From Octopus sinensis (Eukaryota): a stretch of DNA of 64,000 nucleotides. Below the pieces are notes generated by a model. That model had not been told where the DNA came from and did no database searches. It saw only the letters and a list, made by a program, of their open reading frames with translations. Below are positions 39,196 through 52,846 of this stretch, in pieces; the stretch's first letter is position 1, and each line of letters begins with the position of its first letter. Both the position numbers and the translations under genes were made by a program. The stretch is taken from assembly GCF_006345805.1 (NCBI RefSeq), contig NC_043006.1, positions 32,674,001 to 32,738,000 of the forward strand, in the 5' to 3' direction.

Positions 39196-39237
39196 GCCAC
39201 TGAGGAGACTCGGTACGTCGAAATCACGTGATCTGAC
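39196..39237 (+). ncRNA. Type-I hammerhead ribozyme motif
   Basis: GCCA CUGAGGA GAC UCGGUAC GUC GAAA UCAC GUGA UC UGAC; intact core, G10.1-C11.1 pair, palindromic stem III, AUC triplet; stem I has one mismatch. Confidence 0.7.
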
Positions 39238-39613
39238 AATTCTGGCGCCCGTAACACACGATTCTGGTCCGCTTTTATGCACCATGCGTCCACATATGAG
39301 GTCCGCTCAAGTTATAGAACGCAGTATTCGGCGTTCTAACAAAACAGCTACGGTAAGGTGGATATAAAGTTTGCCTTTTGATATTTTTATTCTCTCACGA
39401 TCATAACATTTCATTTCTAATTTATAAATTTACGTATAGATGTGTTATTGTGACCTAATTCTATTAGAGCCAGCTGTTTAAAACGATTGTGCGTGTGAAT
39501 ATTTGAACACATGTGCTTATGTATGTAAAAATGTATTTGTAGATGTATGTATATGTGTGGGTGTGTACATTTATGTTTATTGTATATTTTCGTTTGTATG
39601 TATATATACGTAT

Positions 39614-39702
<89 letters not shown>

Positions 39703-40704
39703 AAATAAGCAACAAGGATATCCAGAGGTAATGCAGTACGATCGTTTCATGCAACTCCATTTAATTGAACAATGCAATAATTACATCAATTTAAAATGTA
39801 GAGCAATTTCCAACTGCACCAAAACATAGTATTTAATTAAATTAGAACATATGGCCACATTAGTATAATTATAACTAAAATCTCCAAGAAGTTAAGGAGA
39901 TAGATAAAGAACATATTGTCTCGAAGATATCCTTGAATTATGCAATGAATTTAAGTAGATCCGAAAGTAGCTCTTACATGCTTTCAAACATAACTATTCG
40001 ACGTTGTATAAATTATAATTTAGTAGACTTGTTTCGGAAATTAGCACCAATATTTTACTTATTGGAATTTATAGTATTTATAGAATGTGGTCTAAAATAT
40101 ATGCAAATGTTGAAACTACATTTAGCATATTTTATTTTGAAGGCATCACAACTCTTATTATAATTATAACCAAAGGAGATTAATTGTTAATTATTTCATC
40201 CGATTGGAAGATAAACAGTTTCTGGCGCCAAATCAACGGAATAATTCTGCTGCTAAGAACTTGTGATATTATCTGCTTAACAGTAAATTTTTATGACAAG
40301 TCTATGAGCTGTAGTTGAAACTAAATGGTCTAATTAATAAAGAATATGACAACAGATAGAAGTCAAATTTGAACGAATATGAAGCAGCAACGATACGGAA
40401 AGCAATAAGAGCAACGAACCAACGGGTGAGTTAATTTTGTTTACGAATTTCTAAAAGAACAAAGTCTGCTCTTCAGATTATTGATTACAAAAGAAATCAT
40501 GGTTGCCGCAACTGACTCAAGTGACGAGGGAATCTGCAATGCCAAACATTGCCTTTGATGCTGGTATTTTGGTGTTTGAGACCCATTAGTTTGTTTTTAT
40601 TGTTTGTGGAACAAAATATTCCAAGACAGTCAGTTTCCTGTCTCATGATGCTTAAAATGTGCTCACGCGATACGCTAGGAATAACAGCAAAATCTCAACC
40701 GACG

Positions 40705-41771
40705 TACTGGTTTTAAATTTTGGCAGAAGGACAGGAATTTTAGGGAAGGGGTATATCGATTACATCGATTACAGTATCGACCTCGAAAGGATGAAAAGCG
40801 AATTCGATCTCACCAAAATTTGAAATCAGAAGGCAAAGCCGGAGAAAATGCTGCCCTGCATTTAGTACGGCGTGCTAACGATTCTGCCTACTCGCTGCAT
40901 TAATCTCAACTTGCATATCTTCAGAGAATAAAGTCCAAGATGCACAATTAGAAAAAAAGAAAAACGAAAGAAAATGAAAAAAAAAAAAAACGGAAAAATT
41001 TCGAGAGAAACGAAATAAAGGAAACAAAACAAAAAACCATACGATTAGAAAAATGTCTTCTTGTTATAGAAAAACAACATCAGTAACTGTAAAACCGTCG
41101 AACATACAAGCTGATTTGTAGCCATGGAATCGTAGAAGAATTGGAATGGATTAAAGCCATTCTGTAACTAACCATAAGCATATTTTCTTTGCAACTGATT
41201 AATTTACATTATATTTATAAGATGTAATCTTCCGTAGGGTGAACCAAAATGGTAAAAGCATTCTTCTGTTATATCATAATTGTAAACGATTCTTCTGTCG
41301 CTCGTTCTCGCAGAATCGTTAACACACCGGGAAAATGCTTAGCAGCATTTGGTCTGTCATTACGTTCTGAGTTCAAATGGTACTTATTTTATTGACTTCA
41401 AAATTATGAAAGACAAAGTCGGCTTTGGTAGATTTTGATCTCAGAATGTAAAAACGGACGACATCTCAATAAGCATTTTGTCCGGTGTGCTAACGATTCT
41501 GCCAGCGCGCCGCCTTAACCATAATAATAATAATAATAGTAATCCTTTCTACTATAGGCACGAAGCCTGTAATTTTATTGGTGGTGGTCGTGGTGGGGGT
41601 CTAGTCGATTAGCTCGATTCCAGTACGCAACTGGTACTTATTTCACTGACTACCAAAGGAGGGAAGGCAAAGCCGACCTCAGAAGAATTTGAACTCAGAA
41701 GATAAGGACGGATGAAATGCCGCTAAGCCTTTTCTCCGGCATGCTAACGTTGTTGCTAGCTCGCGCGCCTT
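40705..41771. mobile_element. Cluster of SINE family A copies (40705-40900 -, 41310-41400 +, 41400-41517 -, 41543-41771 -)
   Basis: Repeated family-A motifs GAAAGGATGAAA, GAGTTCAAAT and GCTAACGATTCTGCC. Confidence 0.75.
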
Positions 41772-41779
41772 GGGACTAC

Positions 41780-41820
<41 letters not shown>

Positions 41821-41841
41821 TAATAATAATAATAATAATAA

Positions 41842-42100
41842 GGAGAAGGCTAGCCACTGGATTTGGTTAAAAAGAGACGATGAGTGATGGCTAGAAGTAT
41901 ATTGTGTTCTTCATAACCAGCTGATCTAGCAAGCGGAGCCTCATATCAGTGAGGTGGGGGGGGGTGCTCATTGATGCCGTCAAGAGGTAGGCCCCGAAAC
42001 GGTGCGCATTCTCTCCTGATGACACCATACACTTGCTAGCTTCCGGTATACGGAGCTTTTAACTGGTAGCACTTGCATGTGCAAGTTGTTTGCAAGACAT
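41842..42100 (+). mobile_element. HERO-like RLE retroelement 3' end, copy 1
   Basis: EKASHWIWLKRDDE*WLEV resembles the HERO C-terminal AE(K/R)ASxWxWxKR (from memory); (TAA)n on both sides. Confidence 0.6.
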
Positions 42101-42109
42101 ATAATAATG

Positions 42110-42146
<37 letters not shown>

Positions 42147-42167
42147 TAATAATAATAATAATAATAA

Positions 42168-42425
42168 GGAGAAGGCTAGCCACTGGATTTGGTAAAAAGA
42201 GACGATGAGTGATGGCTAGAAGTATATTGTGTTCTTCATAACCAGCTGATCTAGCAAGCGGAGCCTCATATCAGTGAGGTGGGGGGGGGTGCTCATTGAT
42301 GCCGTCAAGAGGTAGGCCCCGAAACGGTGCGCATTCTCTCCTGATGACACCATACACTTGCTAGCTTCCGGTATACGGAGCTTTTAACTGGTAGCACTTG
42401 CATGTGCAAGTTGTTTGCAAGACAT
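42168..42425 (+). mobile_element. HERO-like RLE retroelement 3' end, copy 2
   Basis: Near-identical to 41842-42100 (a 1-bp indel seen near the 5' end). Confidence 0.6.
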
Positions 42426-42434
42426 ATAATAATG

Positions 42435-42473
<39 letters not shown>

Positions 42474-42475
<2 letters not shown>

Positions 42476-42765
42476 GGGAACCGAAAATTATATGAGAATG
42501 ATCCCTGGCTTACCATCCCTGCAAGAAGTGCAAAAGATTGTCTTAACTGGTACATCACACGTATTGAGAAGAGCATTGTCGATGTGAGAACTGTTGCTTG
42601 CTCATGTATTTTAATTTAACTTAAAAAAAAAAATTTTAAAAAAATGAACGAACTATTGAGTTTGGTTTAATGGCCTACCAATGTATACTATGAGTTTCTT
42701 TGCCCTAGGAGTCGGGAAGACACTCGGCAAGAAATGGAAGCAAATTTGAAAGAAGAAAAAAAAAG
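42474..42765 (+). mobile_element. R4/Dong-like 3' end, copy 1
   Basis: KGTENYMRMIPGLPSLQEVQKIVLTGTSHVLRRALSM* plus 3' UTR; (TAA)n on both sides. Confidence 0.85.
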
Positions 42766-42808
42766 TAATAATAATAATAATAATATAATAATAATAATAA
42801 TAATAATA

Positions 42809-42846
<38 letters not shown>

Positions 42847-42848
<2 letters not shown>

Positions 42849-43138
42849 GGGAACCGAAAATTATATGAGAATGATCCCTGGCTTACCATCCCTGCAAGAA
42901 GTGCAAAAGATTGTCTTAACTGGTACATCACACGTATTGAGAAGAGCATTGTCGATGTGAGAACTGTTGCTTGCTCATGTATTTTAATTTAACTTAAAAA
43001 AAAAAATTTAAAAAAATGAACGAACTATTGAGTTTGGTTTAATGGCCTACCAATGTATACTATGAGTTTCTTTGCCCTAGGAGTCGGGAAGACACTCGGC
43101 AAGAAATGGAAGCAAATTTGAAAGAAGAAAAAAAAAAG
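42847..43138 (+). mobile_element. R4/Dong-like 3' end, copy 2
   Basis: Near-identical to 42474-42765, same 5' truncation point. Confidence 0.85.
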
Positions 43139-43504
43139 TAATAATAATAATAATAATAATAATAATGTCGTAACGACCGGAAGAAATGTAATGAAAACAC
43201 AGAGAAGAAACTAAGTGGCCGATTCAATACATGCAAATTTCGCCTCCACCGCCACCACCATAATCTATTAATGCCAACATATAAAAAATCAATTACTGTC
43301 GATTCGCTTATTGTCATAAAATAGACGAAACATTGGATTAACTAATCTTGGATAGAATCGACAGAAATTCTTTCGTTCAAAAATCACGATCAGATTTGTC
43401 TTTAAGGCAAATCACAGTTACCACTACTTACACAAACAAATGAATCACAGCTGAGCTTCAACTATATTACAACTACTAACATTGCTACTGCTGGATAGTA
43501 GAGT

Positions 43505-43940
43505 GTTTTCAGTCGTGTTTGTTTGTTTGTCCGTTGAGAAGCTATCTCAAGAACTGCTGGATGGATTTAGATGAAAATTTCAGGGATGTTTGGCCTCGTG
43601 AATGGCACGAACTGATTAGATTTTGGGACCGATCCGGTACCGAACAAGGATTCTGGATATATTTATTATATTTACTTTACATGATTATGATCTTACGTTA
43701 ACTTGCAAGTCTTTCTCAATTATCTCCCTTTAAGCTGTAACCGTTTACAATGGTGGATTTGTTAACTTTGGCTTGTATTAGATAAGGATAAACGACTTAT
43801 TACTGTTGCTAAATTTTCTACAGACACCTTCGCATTCCATGGCTACGACTGGGGACTGAGATCTATCCGGTATCGGACAAGGATTCTGGATTATTTGTTA
43901 TATTTATTTTACTTAACATGATTACGACCTTACGTTAACG
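43505..43940 (+). mobile_element. Possible Helentron-associated (DINE/HINE-like) non-autonomous element with internal direct repeat
   Basis: (GTTT)n GTCC start, GATGGATTTAGATGAAAATTTCAGG..GATTAGATTTTGGG..GATCCGGTACCGAACAAGGATTCTGGA; the last ~85 bp recur at 43850-43940; family by recollection. Confidence 0.45.
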
Positions 43941-44174
43941 ACAGAACAACCAATTGGTTGCTCTGCGTATCAGAGTTGGCCTAGTTTGAATTAGCTCTGG
44001 CATATTTTAAAACAATGAGGCACACTTTGGGCACTGAAGCCATGCGTAAACAAAATGTTGGCCTGGTCACGGCTGGAAGACTTTTCATTTAAAATCTGCC
44101 CAACCAGTAGAGATTAGTGGGAAAGCCACAACGACAATAACAAGAATAACCACCGTTTTTTCATTTGTTTGCTT

Positions 44175-44535
44175 TTTCTTTTTACTCGTTTCAGTCAGTC
44201 TGCGGCCATGCTGTGGCACTGCCTTGAATAATTTTTAGTCAAATGAATCCACCCCACTATTAAATATTTTGTAAAGCCTGGTACTAATTCTATCGGTTTC
44301 TCTTGCCGAAATTCTAAGATCTGGGGATGTAAGCATACCAACACCAGCTGTGTAGCAGTGGTGGGGACAACGACACACTTATACGACGTTCTTTCAGTTT
44401 CCGTCTACCAAATCCATTCAAAAGATTTTGGTGGGCTTGAAGCTATAACAAAAGACACTTACCCAAGGTGCCACAGATTGGGATTGAATCTGGAACCATG
44501 TGGTTAGGAAATAAGCATCTTACCACACAGCCACA
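44175..44535 (-). mobile_element. SINE family B
   Basis: CTGCGGCCATGCTGTGGCAC..TTCTTTCAGTTTCCGTCTACCAAATCC..CCCAAGGTGCCAC..CCACACAGCCAC. Confidence 0.88.
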
Positions 44536-45064
44536 CTTGCACCTACATCTGTCAAGCAGAAAGTACATTCATTCATTTCATAGTTTTAGCTTTCCTGTTC
44601 TGCATAACAAATTATCCAATCACATTTCTGTGCTTTCTGTCATTATCGGAAATGTACCTGGAATTGTAGCATTCGAGGGTGCCACAGCTTTACATTTAGC
44701 AGCCAAATTTTCCTTTTGTTGCACTCTATAAATTTATGAAGTAGAACATCTTATAAGATAATTTGTGGATACTCCCAAAATAGTTGGATGACCATAGCTG
44801 GATTTCTTTTCATTATAGTTCTTTTCAGTGATCACACAACAATAAATCTATCACCTCAGGCAAGAGGTGGAAAATATTCCTGCTTTCATAAGACTTTGCA
44901 CACACTGTAAGCTCTAATGAATTATTTCTATATTCACAAGTGTTTACATTCACGTGCTTTGGAGGTCTTCATTATTAGAGTTATACATCCATTGCATTCA
45001 ACGATCTCATAATCACCGACAGCTGTTCTGTTAATTTATATAAACACAGGCACACATACACACA

Positions 45065-45113
<49 letters not shown>

Positions 45114-46721
45114 ACACACCTTTATGACCATGTAATTATGTATTTTTACGTAGTTAAAGGAAAAATTCTCGTAACGAAGGAAGATGCCGTAGATGTGCAT
45201 AGACCTATTGTTTGCTTAACCATTAAGCGCCACACAATTTGTTTAATCCGATTTCAGAAATATTATTGCGTGACTGATAAATAGACTGTAACATAGAATG
45301 TTTTGCGAGGTCATAAAACGATTCATTGAAGAGCTGAATTGTCTGATGTAACAACAACAACTATAAGAACAACAATAATAATAATAATAATGATAATAAT
45401 AACAACAACAACAATAATAATATATCTCCGTAGAAACAGTGAATTGCAGATTACATTAGTACTTTTGACGCTTTCCGCTTATTGCTGCTGGAATCATGCT
45501 TTCGACAAATGTAATTTTTGTCTTAATTCCTGCCATGGAAAGTGGTAGGAAGACCTGCTCTACCATCCTCAGACTTGTATGTCTAAACACAATAACTTCC
45601 AGTGATGTCATAAAATTCTCAAAAGGAATATTCCAAGGAGGGAGTCAGTTGTTAAAATTCCCTCATATACAATACTCTTGACAACAAGATATTAATATAA
45701 CCCATAATTTTTATGTTCTTAATCTTAATATCAACAGTGCTGATAAAGTGTTGGATTAATGGCATTTTAAGATGATACCGAGAGAATTTGGTTATACGAA
45801 ATGGTGGTACTTTGTAAATGAAGTCGGGAAACCGTCTCTACCCCTCCTTAGACATATGATTTTCCTGGTTTGCTAGTAACAAATAGTTATTAATGTAAAA
45901 TATATCATACGAAAGCGATGTGTAAAATGATGGAGGGAGCAAAATCTATTATAAAGATTTGAAAAGATATGACACTCAAACCATTTATTATACCAAACAA
46001 TCTCACACTGTATCTACAGTTAAAGAACTGGCACCGTCATTCGAGATACTTGAGTCAACTTTAGAAGAGATCAGCCATTAAAAGATTTAGAATAGTAATA
46101 TAACAGAGTAACGTTGAGAAATTATTGTGTGAAAAGGATATCAAAATCAGCTTCGAGAACGTTTAAACGTTGTTTGGTATCTCTTTACGAAAAACCTGGA
46201 GGGGAAAAATACTCTGCATAGCAGCTTTTTGTGTGGATATATTTCCTCAAAAGTTGAGAAAAAAAATAATATCGAAGGAAAACGTATCATATTTTGTGCA
46301 TGAAACCGTCACACCACATCTCATTCCATGGATTTTTTCGTTTGTATTCGAAGAGTACGTGATATTTACCGAGCATATGTTAAACAAAAGAAACAGTGAA
46401 GCTTTAAACCAAAGATTGCCAGAAGAAATTTCTATTATGCCCAATATTTCCGGATCAAACTGTACGCTTGTTAAATAGCTGTTAAAATTCCTACAACGTC
46501 TTAACTAGTAATGCGGTATGATGTTGTTGCTAAATCGTTATATAATCCTAAAACATATATAAAAACTAAATCTGATATCCAACTTGCATAAACAATGTCG
46601 AAACCTGAATCTTATCAGAATATTACCACCATAACTTTTCCGTCGGCAATGAATTCCTACATTTTGAGCAAATCTTAAAGCAACGCAAAGCTAATATTAA
46701 TTGTAGTAGAGGACAGCGAGC

Positions 46722-47165
46722 TGGCAGAATCGTTAGAACGTCGAGGAAAATGCTTAGCGGCATTTCGCCAGTCTGCGGCAAGCTGGCAGAAACGTTAGCA
46801 CGCCGGGCGAAATGTGTAGCTGTATTTCGTCTGCCGTTACGTTCTGAGTTCAAATTCCGCCGAGGTCGACTTTGCCTTTCATCCTTTCGGGGTCGATTAA
46901 ATAAGTACCAGTTACGCACTGGGGTCGATATAATCGACTTAATCCGTTTGTCTGTCCTTGCTTGTCCCCTCTATGTGTAGCCCCTTGTGGGTAGTAAAGA
47001 AATAGGCATTTCGCCAGTCTTCTTGTTCTGAGTTCAAATTCTACCAAAGCCGACTTTACTTTTCTCCCTTTCAGGATCGATAAAATAAGCACCAGTTGAG
47101 CACTTGGTTCAATGTAGTCGAGTTAAACCCTGCTCCAAATTTTCTGGCCTTGTGCCAAAATTTGA
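46722..47165 (+). mobile_element. SINE family A (46775-47004) nested in an older family-A copy
   Basis: Perfect 16-bp TSD GGCATTTCGCCAGTCT at 46759-46774 and 47005-47020. Confidence 0.92.
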
Positions 47166-47527
47166 AACCAATATTGATTGATGTAGAATGATTACAAAGC
47201 TATTGTTTATTAAGGGTAAAAATATGTAACTATATTATCTCGCAGTTTTACACTTTCGAGACTAAATAATTTTGCAAGTATCACATTTATCTTCACCTCT
47301 TTAATAAAGAGACTTACTTCACTAAATCTAACTACTCCATTGGCGTATGTATGAGAGACGTTGCCGAGGTGAAAGAAATAGGCTAAAACACTGGCGTTAT
47401 AGAATCCCACGTATTTTAGAGAATCGAAAACATTAAGAAACCTAGCAAATACGAGAAAAAAACATACATTTCCCATTCAAAATAGGTAAAAAAGAAAGAA
47501 AATTGCACGCCTATCTACCTACCTACC

Positions 47528-47729
<202 letters not shown>

Positions 47730-48934
47730 AATTTATCTACATGCCTTTCTGACGTGTGTGAGATCAATGTTGCCTAATGCAATGAACACGTTGAATTTGG
47801 ATACTATAAAATACAGTATCGTAAATATAAATCTCATGTTTTATAGTAGGAGGAAATTTACAGGAGAAACACGAACATTTATTTCTGATAAGTGATACTG
47901 AAAATGGGTTTAAGAGTTTATAAAACTATTTATGGACATGAGATATCAATTTCTTGTAGTAAAAGATTGTCGGTGTTCACACAACGCGAAATTACTTATA
48001 TTTTCCGCCTAATGGTCAGTAAACTGGACAAATAACATATATTAAGGAAGGTAAGAAGAGATAGATACTTAAATGAAACCCACCACAAGTTCTCATTTAG
48101 AGAAAGAGACGCTGGTAAGCTAAAATTATGGAACAAACGCATGAAAGAAATCCATTTAAAGTCACATTAATACAAAGAAAAGTGAAACACAACTACTTAA
48201 CCGTCAGAATAGAACTGAAGCCTTTTCAAAAATTGTGTTCCTTGTTTTTAACTCTATAGATGCAAAGGCGACGTGGATACAGCCTACACTCTCTAACCGC
48301 TAAATGAAGACAAAAACTCGTGTGCAACGCTTAATAGATTTCTGGTTTTGTGTTAACCTATGTATGATAATCTATGAATGAAAGTGACTAAGTTTAGGGA
48401 TGTAAGGGAATAAAAAAATGAATGCTCGAAAATTGACAAGAAAATGGCTCTAGACAAGAAAACTATGAATAAGATATTATATTGGAATAATAAAAAAAAA
48501 AAAAAGTAATGTATTGATATCGAGATAGAAGATGGTTATAAGGAAAGAAAAAAGTCTCGAAGTACACTGAAAGAACTCAGAATGGTATTAAAAATATATA
48601 ATGAAACACTAATGGCAAAGTAAGGAAATACACGTAAAATCTACGAGAAAGGAACAGGAAAAAAAAAGTTAGCGACGAAACCAATTAGGAGGGATAACTA
48701 TTTGACTTAGCAGGAATCAAAAACAGTGGAAATAATACCTACATACATGAATATAGATATACATCAAAACACCCCCCCCCCCACACACACACACACAAAA
48801 TTCAAAAAGAATTCGCATTATATCTGGTGGCAGAAAAAGTACAAGATGAGTATATGTAATTAACAAGTTAATATGATACAATGAATATATTACAAAGACG
48901 AACAAACTATTATTTAAGTGCGTACGTGTGCGTA

Positions 48935-48988
<54 letters not shown>

Positions 48989-49066
48989 CATGTACAGGCA
49001 TGGATATGTATATATATGTAATATATGTGTTCGTTCTATACGTACATATATGTATATGTATGTGTG

Positions 49067-49101
<35 letters not shown>

Positions 49102-49118
49102 GTCTATCTATCTATCTA

Positions 49119-49176
<58 letters not shown>

Positions 49177-49822
49177 AGTGTATGTATGTTTGTATATATG
49201 TATGCATGTATGTATGTACGTATGAAACATACAAAAAAATCGATCTCAGTGGGAAAGAACATTATGAAAGTAACAAAACGCTTAAAAAACATTAGCGAAG
49301 TAAGAAACAAAAGCAGTATTATTTCGAAAATATACCAATTTTTTGGTAAGCAATATTGGATAAAGAAAGAGTGGGGAATTCCCGCCGATAATAATGAAAA
49401 CAAACAGGTATTCATAGTCGAACGAGTGAAAATGTGATTTCAAAATCAACCTGAATTGACACAGAAATCGTACTAAAGATGAAAGCAGATAAGCATCATT
49501 AGAAGATAGGGAGACAGTATTAAAAATAGGGGTGAGACAGACGGGCGCGGCTGTTTTGTTGCAGGTAATTTCGCAAGGCTGACTGGATATTCAACCCGTT
49601 TTTGCTGACAGTTCTCTTTGACATTGGAGATAAACTTATACACAAATACACAGACACACGCACGCAAGCACGCGCACGGAGATATAAGCATACAGATAGA
49701 GTGGTAGAGAGAGAGAGACAGGAGGAGGGATTGGGAGAGGTTATGATTGTTAATTGAGCATGATTGACATAAACAATATCCCTTTCTCCATTTATATAAA
49801 TAAAAGTAGGCTCTCACACTTA

Positions 49823-49859
<37 letters not shown>

Positions 49860-50759
49860 AAAGGAAGAGAGAGACTGAAAGGAAGAGAGAGGAGAGACAA
49901 GGCAGGAAAGAGAGATGGAGAGAGGGAGAGAGGAAGGGAGAGAAAGCGAGAGAACGAGGGTAACACTAAAACGACCGATGTCAAATAATTTAGCATCAAA
50001 TCGGCGACGTCAAATAAGTGGCGCGGCAGCAAAAAGGCTACGCCAAAACGTCTCATACCCATTAAAATGGTAAATTATTGCACAAAGTACATCCAACTAT
50101 AAGGTGTTCCCCTTTTCTCTCAATTCGTCAGACCTAAACATTGCGCGGCATTTAGTTACAATGTTCTACGTTGTGAGTTCCAACCCTGCATACTGAGTGT
50201 CATTCATGCAAATTACGAAGACGTATCAAGACCGATGAAATCGACGGATATTTTTCTCCGAATTATTAGGACTTGATTTAAAAGTAACCATTATAAGAAT
50301 AATGTTTCGTTATGGTTTCTGATTTAGGCTGCAGGTTAGCAAATGTTGATGGGAGTTAATACATCGGAGTCCAGGACTAGACTAGTACATTATTTTATCG
50401 TTCTTCCCCAGACGAATGAATGGCATAGTTCTAATCTCGGCGCGATTACAAGTGAAAAGTCAAAGAGCCGGAGGAAAATAACAGAATGCATGTATTTCGA
50501 CGCTCTAAACTTCCTGCCAGTCCATCGACCTAGAATACAATAGTGTTTAATGATGGAGTAGATGCATTAGAACGACGCGGGTATTTGTTAATGAAATTTC
50601 TTGTCAGCATTAAAGAGAATAAATAAACAATAAATCTAACAGACATTTGACAGACGAGAGGATATTGTTTGTGTATTTGAAAAATTCAAGCAAAGGAAAT
50701 GTAACGGATAAATTTAGACTATTATCCTGGTCTGACAATAACATGAAAAGTATTGACAG

Positions 50760-50860
<101 letters not shown>

Positions 50861-52488
50861 GCTATCTATCTATCTATCTATCTATAGCATGCATATATGT
50901 GTGTAGGTATGTGAAGATTTGCAAGCACAAAGAGAGAAATGAATTTATTATTTGGATAAATTATTGTACAAAGATTATACGTCAATTACGCCCAGCTCTT
51001 ACAGTGAGTGGTGGGGGGTCATTGATGACAAAGCTTATTACATTATTTCTCACTTTTTCAGGATAACACATTAGCTCGAGATTTTGGTGGCTAGTCTAGG
51101 ATACAGGAAAGTCGATTGTAAAGAGTTTGCGTAAATGGAAAAGTTAAACAAATATGGCCGAGAGAAAAGAGTTGTTACGGTTGAACTTTTATCCTTTACT
51201 TCTTTTAGTTTTTGGACTGCGGCTATGCTGGGGCATCGCATTGAAAGGTTTTAGTCGAAAAGATCGACCTCGGTACTTATCTTAAAATCTGATAATTATT
51301 GTATCGGTGTCTTTATTCTTCTTTACTCAAACAACAGCTCTCTTCCAATAGAATGTAGGAAATTTCACTGTAAACATTTTTGCCATAGAAAAATTCCAGT
51401 AAAACAATAAATTGCAATATAAATTACACAAGGAAAAAATAATTAGCTAATTTCTTAAAATGGCAAATTCATCAACCAACCTACCGATTAGAGAAAAGTA
51501 ATTTCTTTAAAATGAGTTATCTGGTTTTTAATCTGCTTGTACGCCTCCTTTACGGCCAAATTTCCTACAGTAAATTGTCCGGACACGCTTCCTGACTATT
51601 TGTCAAGTACATTGCATCTAGTACTACCAAGGGGTGCATTATCCCCATAAGAGGCTTTCTCATCGGGCTATAATTGGCTCTACTGAATGCCCTTGTAGTG
51701 ATGAGTGCCTGCAAATAGATTCGTGATGTTATTTAGTCATGGCTCAGTCACATTACGTGTAGAGCTATTTTCAAAGGAGATCGAGCTGTCAACACTCCGC
51801 CTGATTTATTTGCTTTTCACTCATATTTATGCAATGCTCGTTTTTAATTTTTAAGACGTTAGCATAAGATTTAGGTATCATTTCGAGTCAGCAGTGGATT
51901 GTACAATGCTGCTTTGGAATAACCACTTACATTGTTAATGACAGTTCATAATTACAGTCGAGTGAATTGAAGCCATTTGAGAATTAAAGTGATTCGACCG
52001 TGAACTCATTCAACAAGGTATAATACATTAGCATACCAGCCGCCGTTCTTTTAAGTTTTTGGTTAGAATCTTATCGATTCGGCCATATTTAATCTCTTCC
52101 TATCGTTCTTCACACACATTGCATAAATTTGAAAGAAAATAAACTGTCGAGACAATATTTCCTTCTGTCGACAAGATTAAAACTATTTGATGTGAATATT
52201 ATAAATGCGTTATGATAAGTTAGCAAAATGTCCGCTGTGCGGCTTTCATATAGATCTTCTATAATTTCTCTCGCAGACAACTTATCGTCATTTCTTATAG
52301 TAGGATATACATCCGAAAATATTTGTTATTAATATACACACTCTTATTCCTCGTTTCTAATCCTCCTCTTTCTTTCTCTCTCTCTCTCTCTCAGTCCCGT
52401 ATATGTATATATATATATGTGTATGTGTATGAGTGCATGCTTTTGTGCGCCTGTGTGTCTGTGTGTGCGTGCATGTGTATGTATATAC

Positions 52489-52559
<71 letters not shown>

Positions 52560-52688
52560 TTATGTCTTTAATTAGATAAATGTATATATATACTTATATA
52601 CATATATATATGTGTGTGTGTACATGTATATATATATATATATATACATACGCATATACACACACACATATATGCACACGTACTACGT

Positions 52689-52720
<32 letters not shown>

Positions 52721-52793
52721 TATATATATATATATATATATAATATATATATATTGTGATTCTCTGTTCATCCCTATTCTGATCATTATACAT

Positions 52794-52846
<53 letters not shown>

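Noticed and set aside
41980-42030. CCGAAAC..CTGATGA in the HERO-like 3' UTR as a type-II hammerhead
   Set aside because: Stems II and III cannot pair (C opposite C; no AC/GU closure).
44670-44710. Ankyrin-like EGATALHLAAKF in ORF 44468-44731
   Set aside because: The ORF starts inside a SINE, hits a stop within 8 codons (SFCCTL*), and has no credible splice sites or second repeat; likely chance.
49530-50060. Possible degenerate TIR pair around a (GA)n tract
   Set aside because: Similarity is too short and patchy to call an element.
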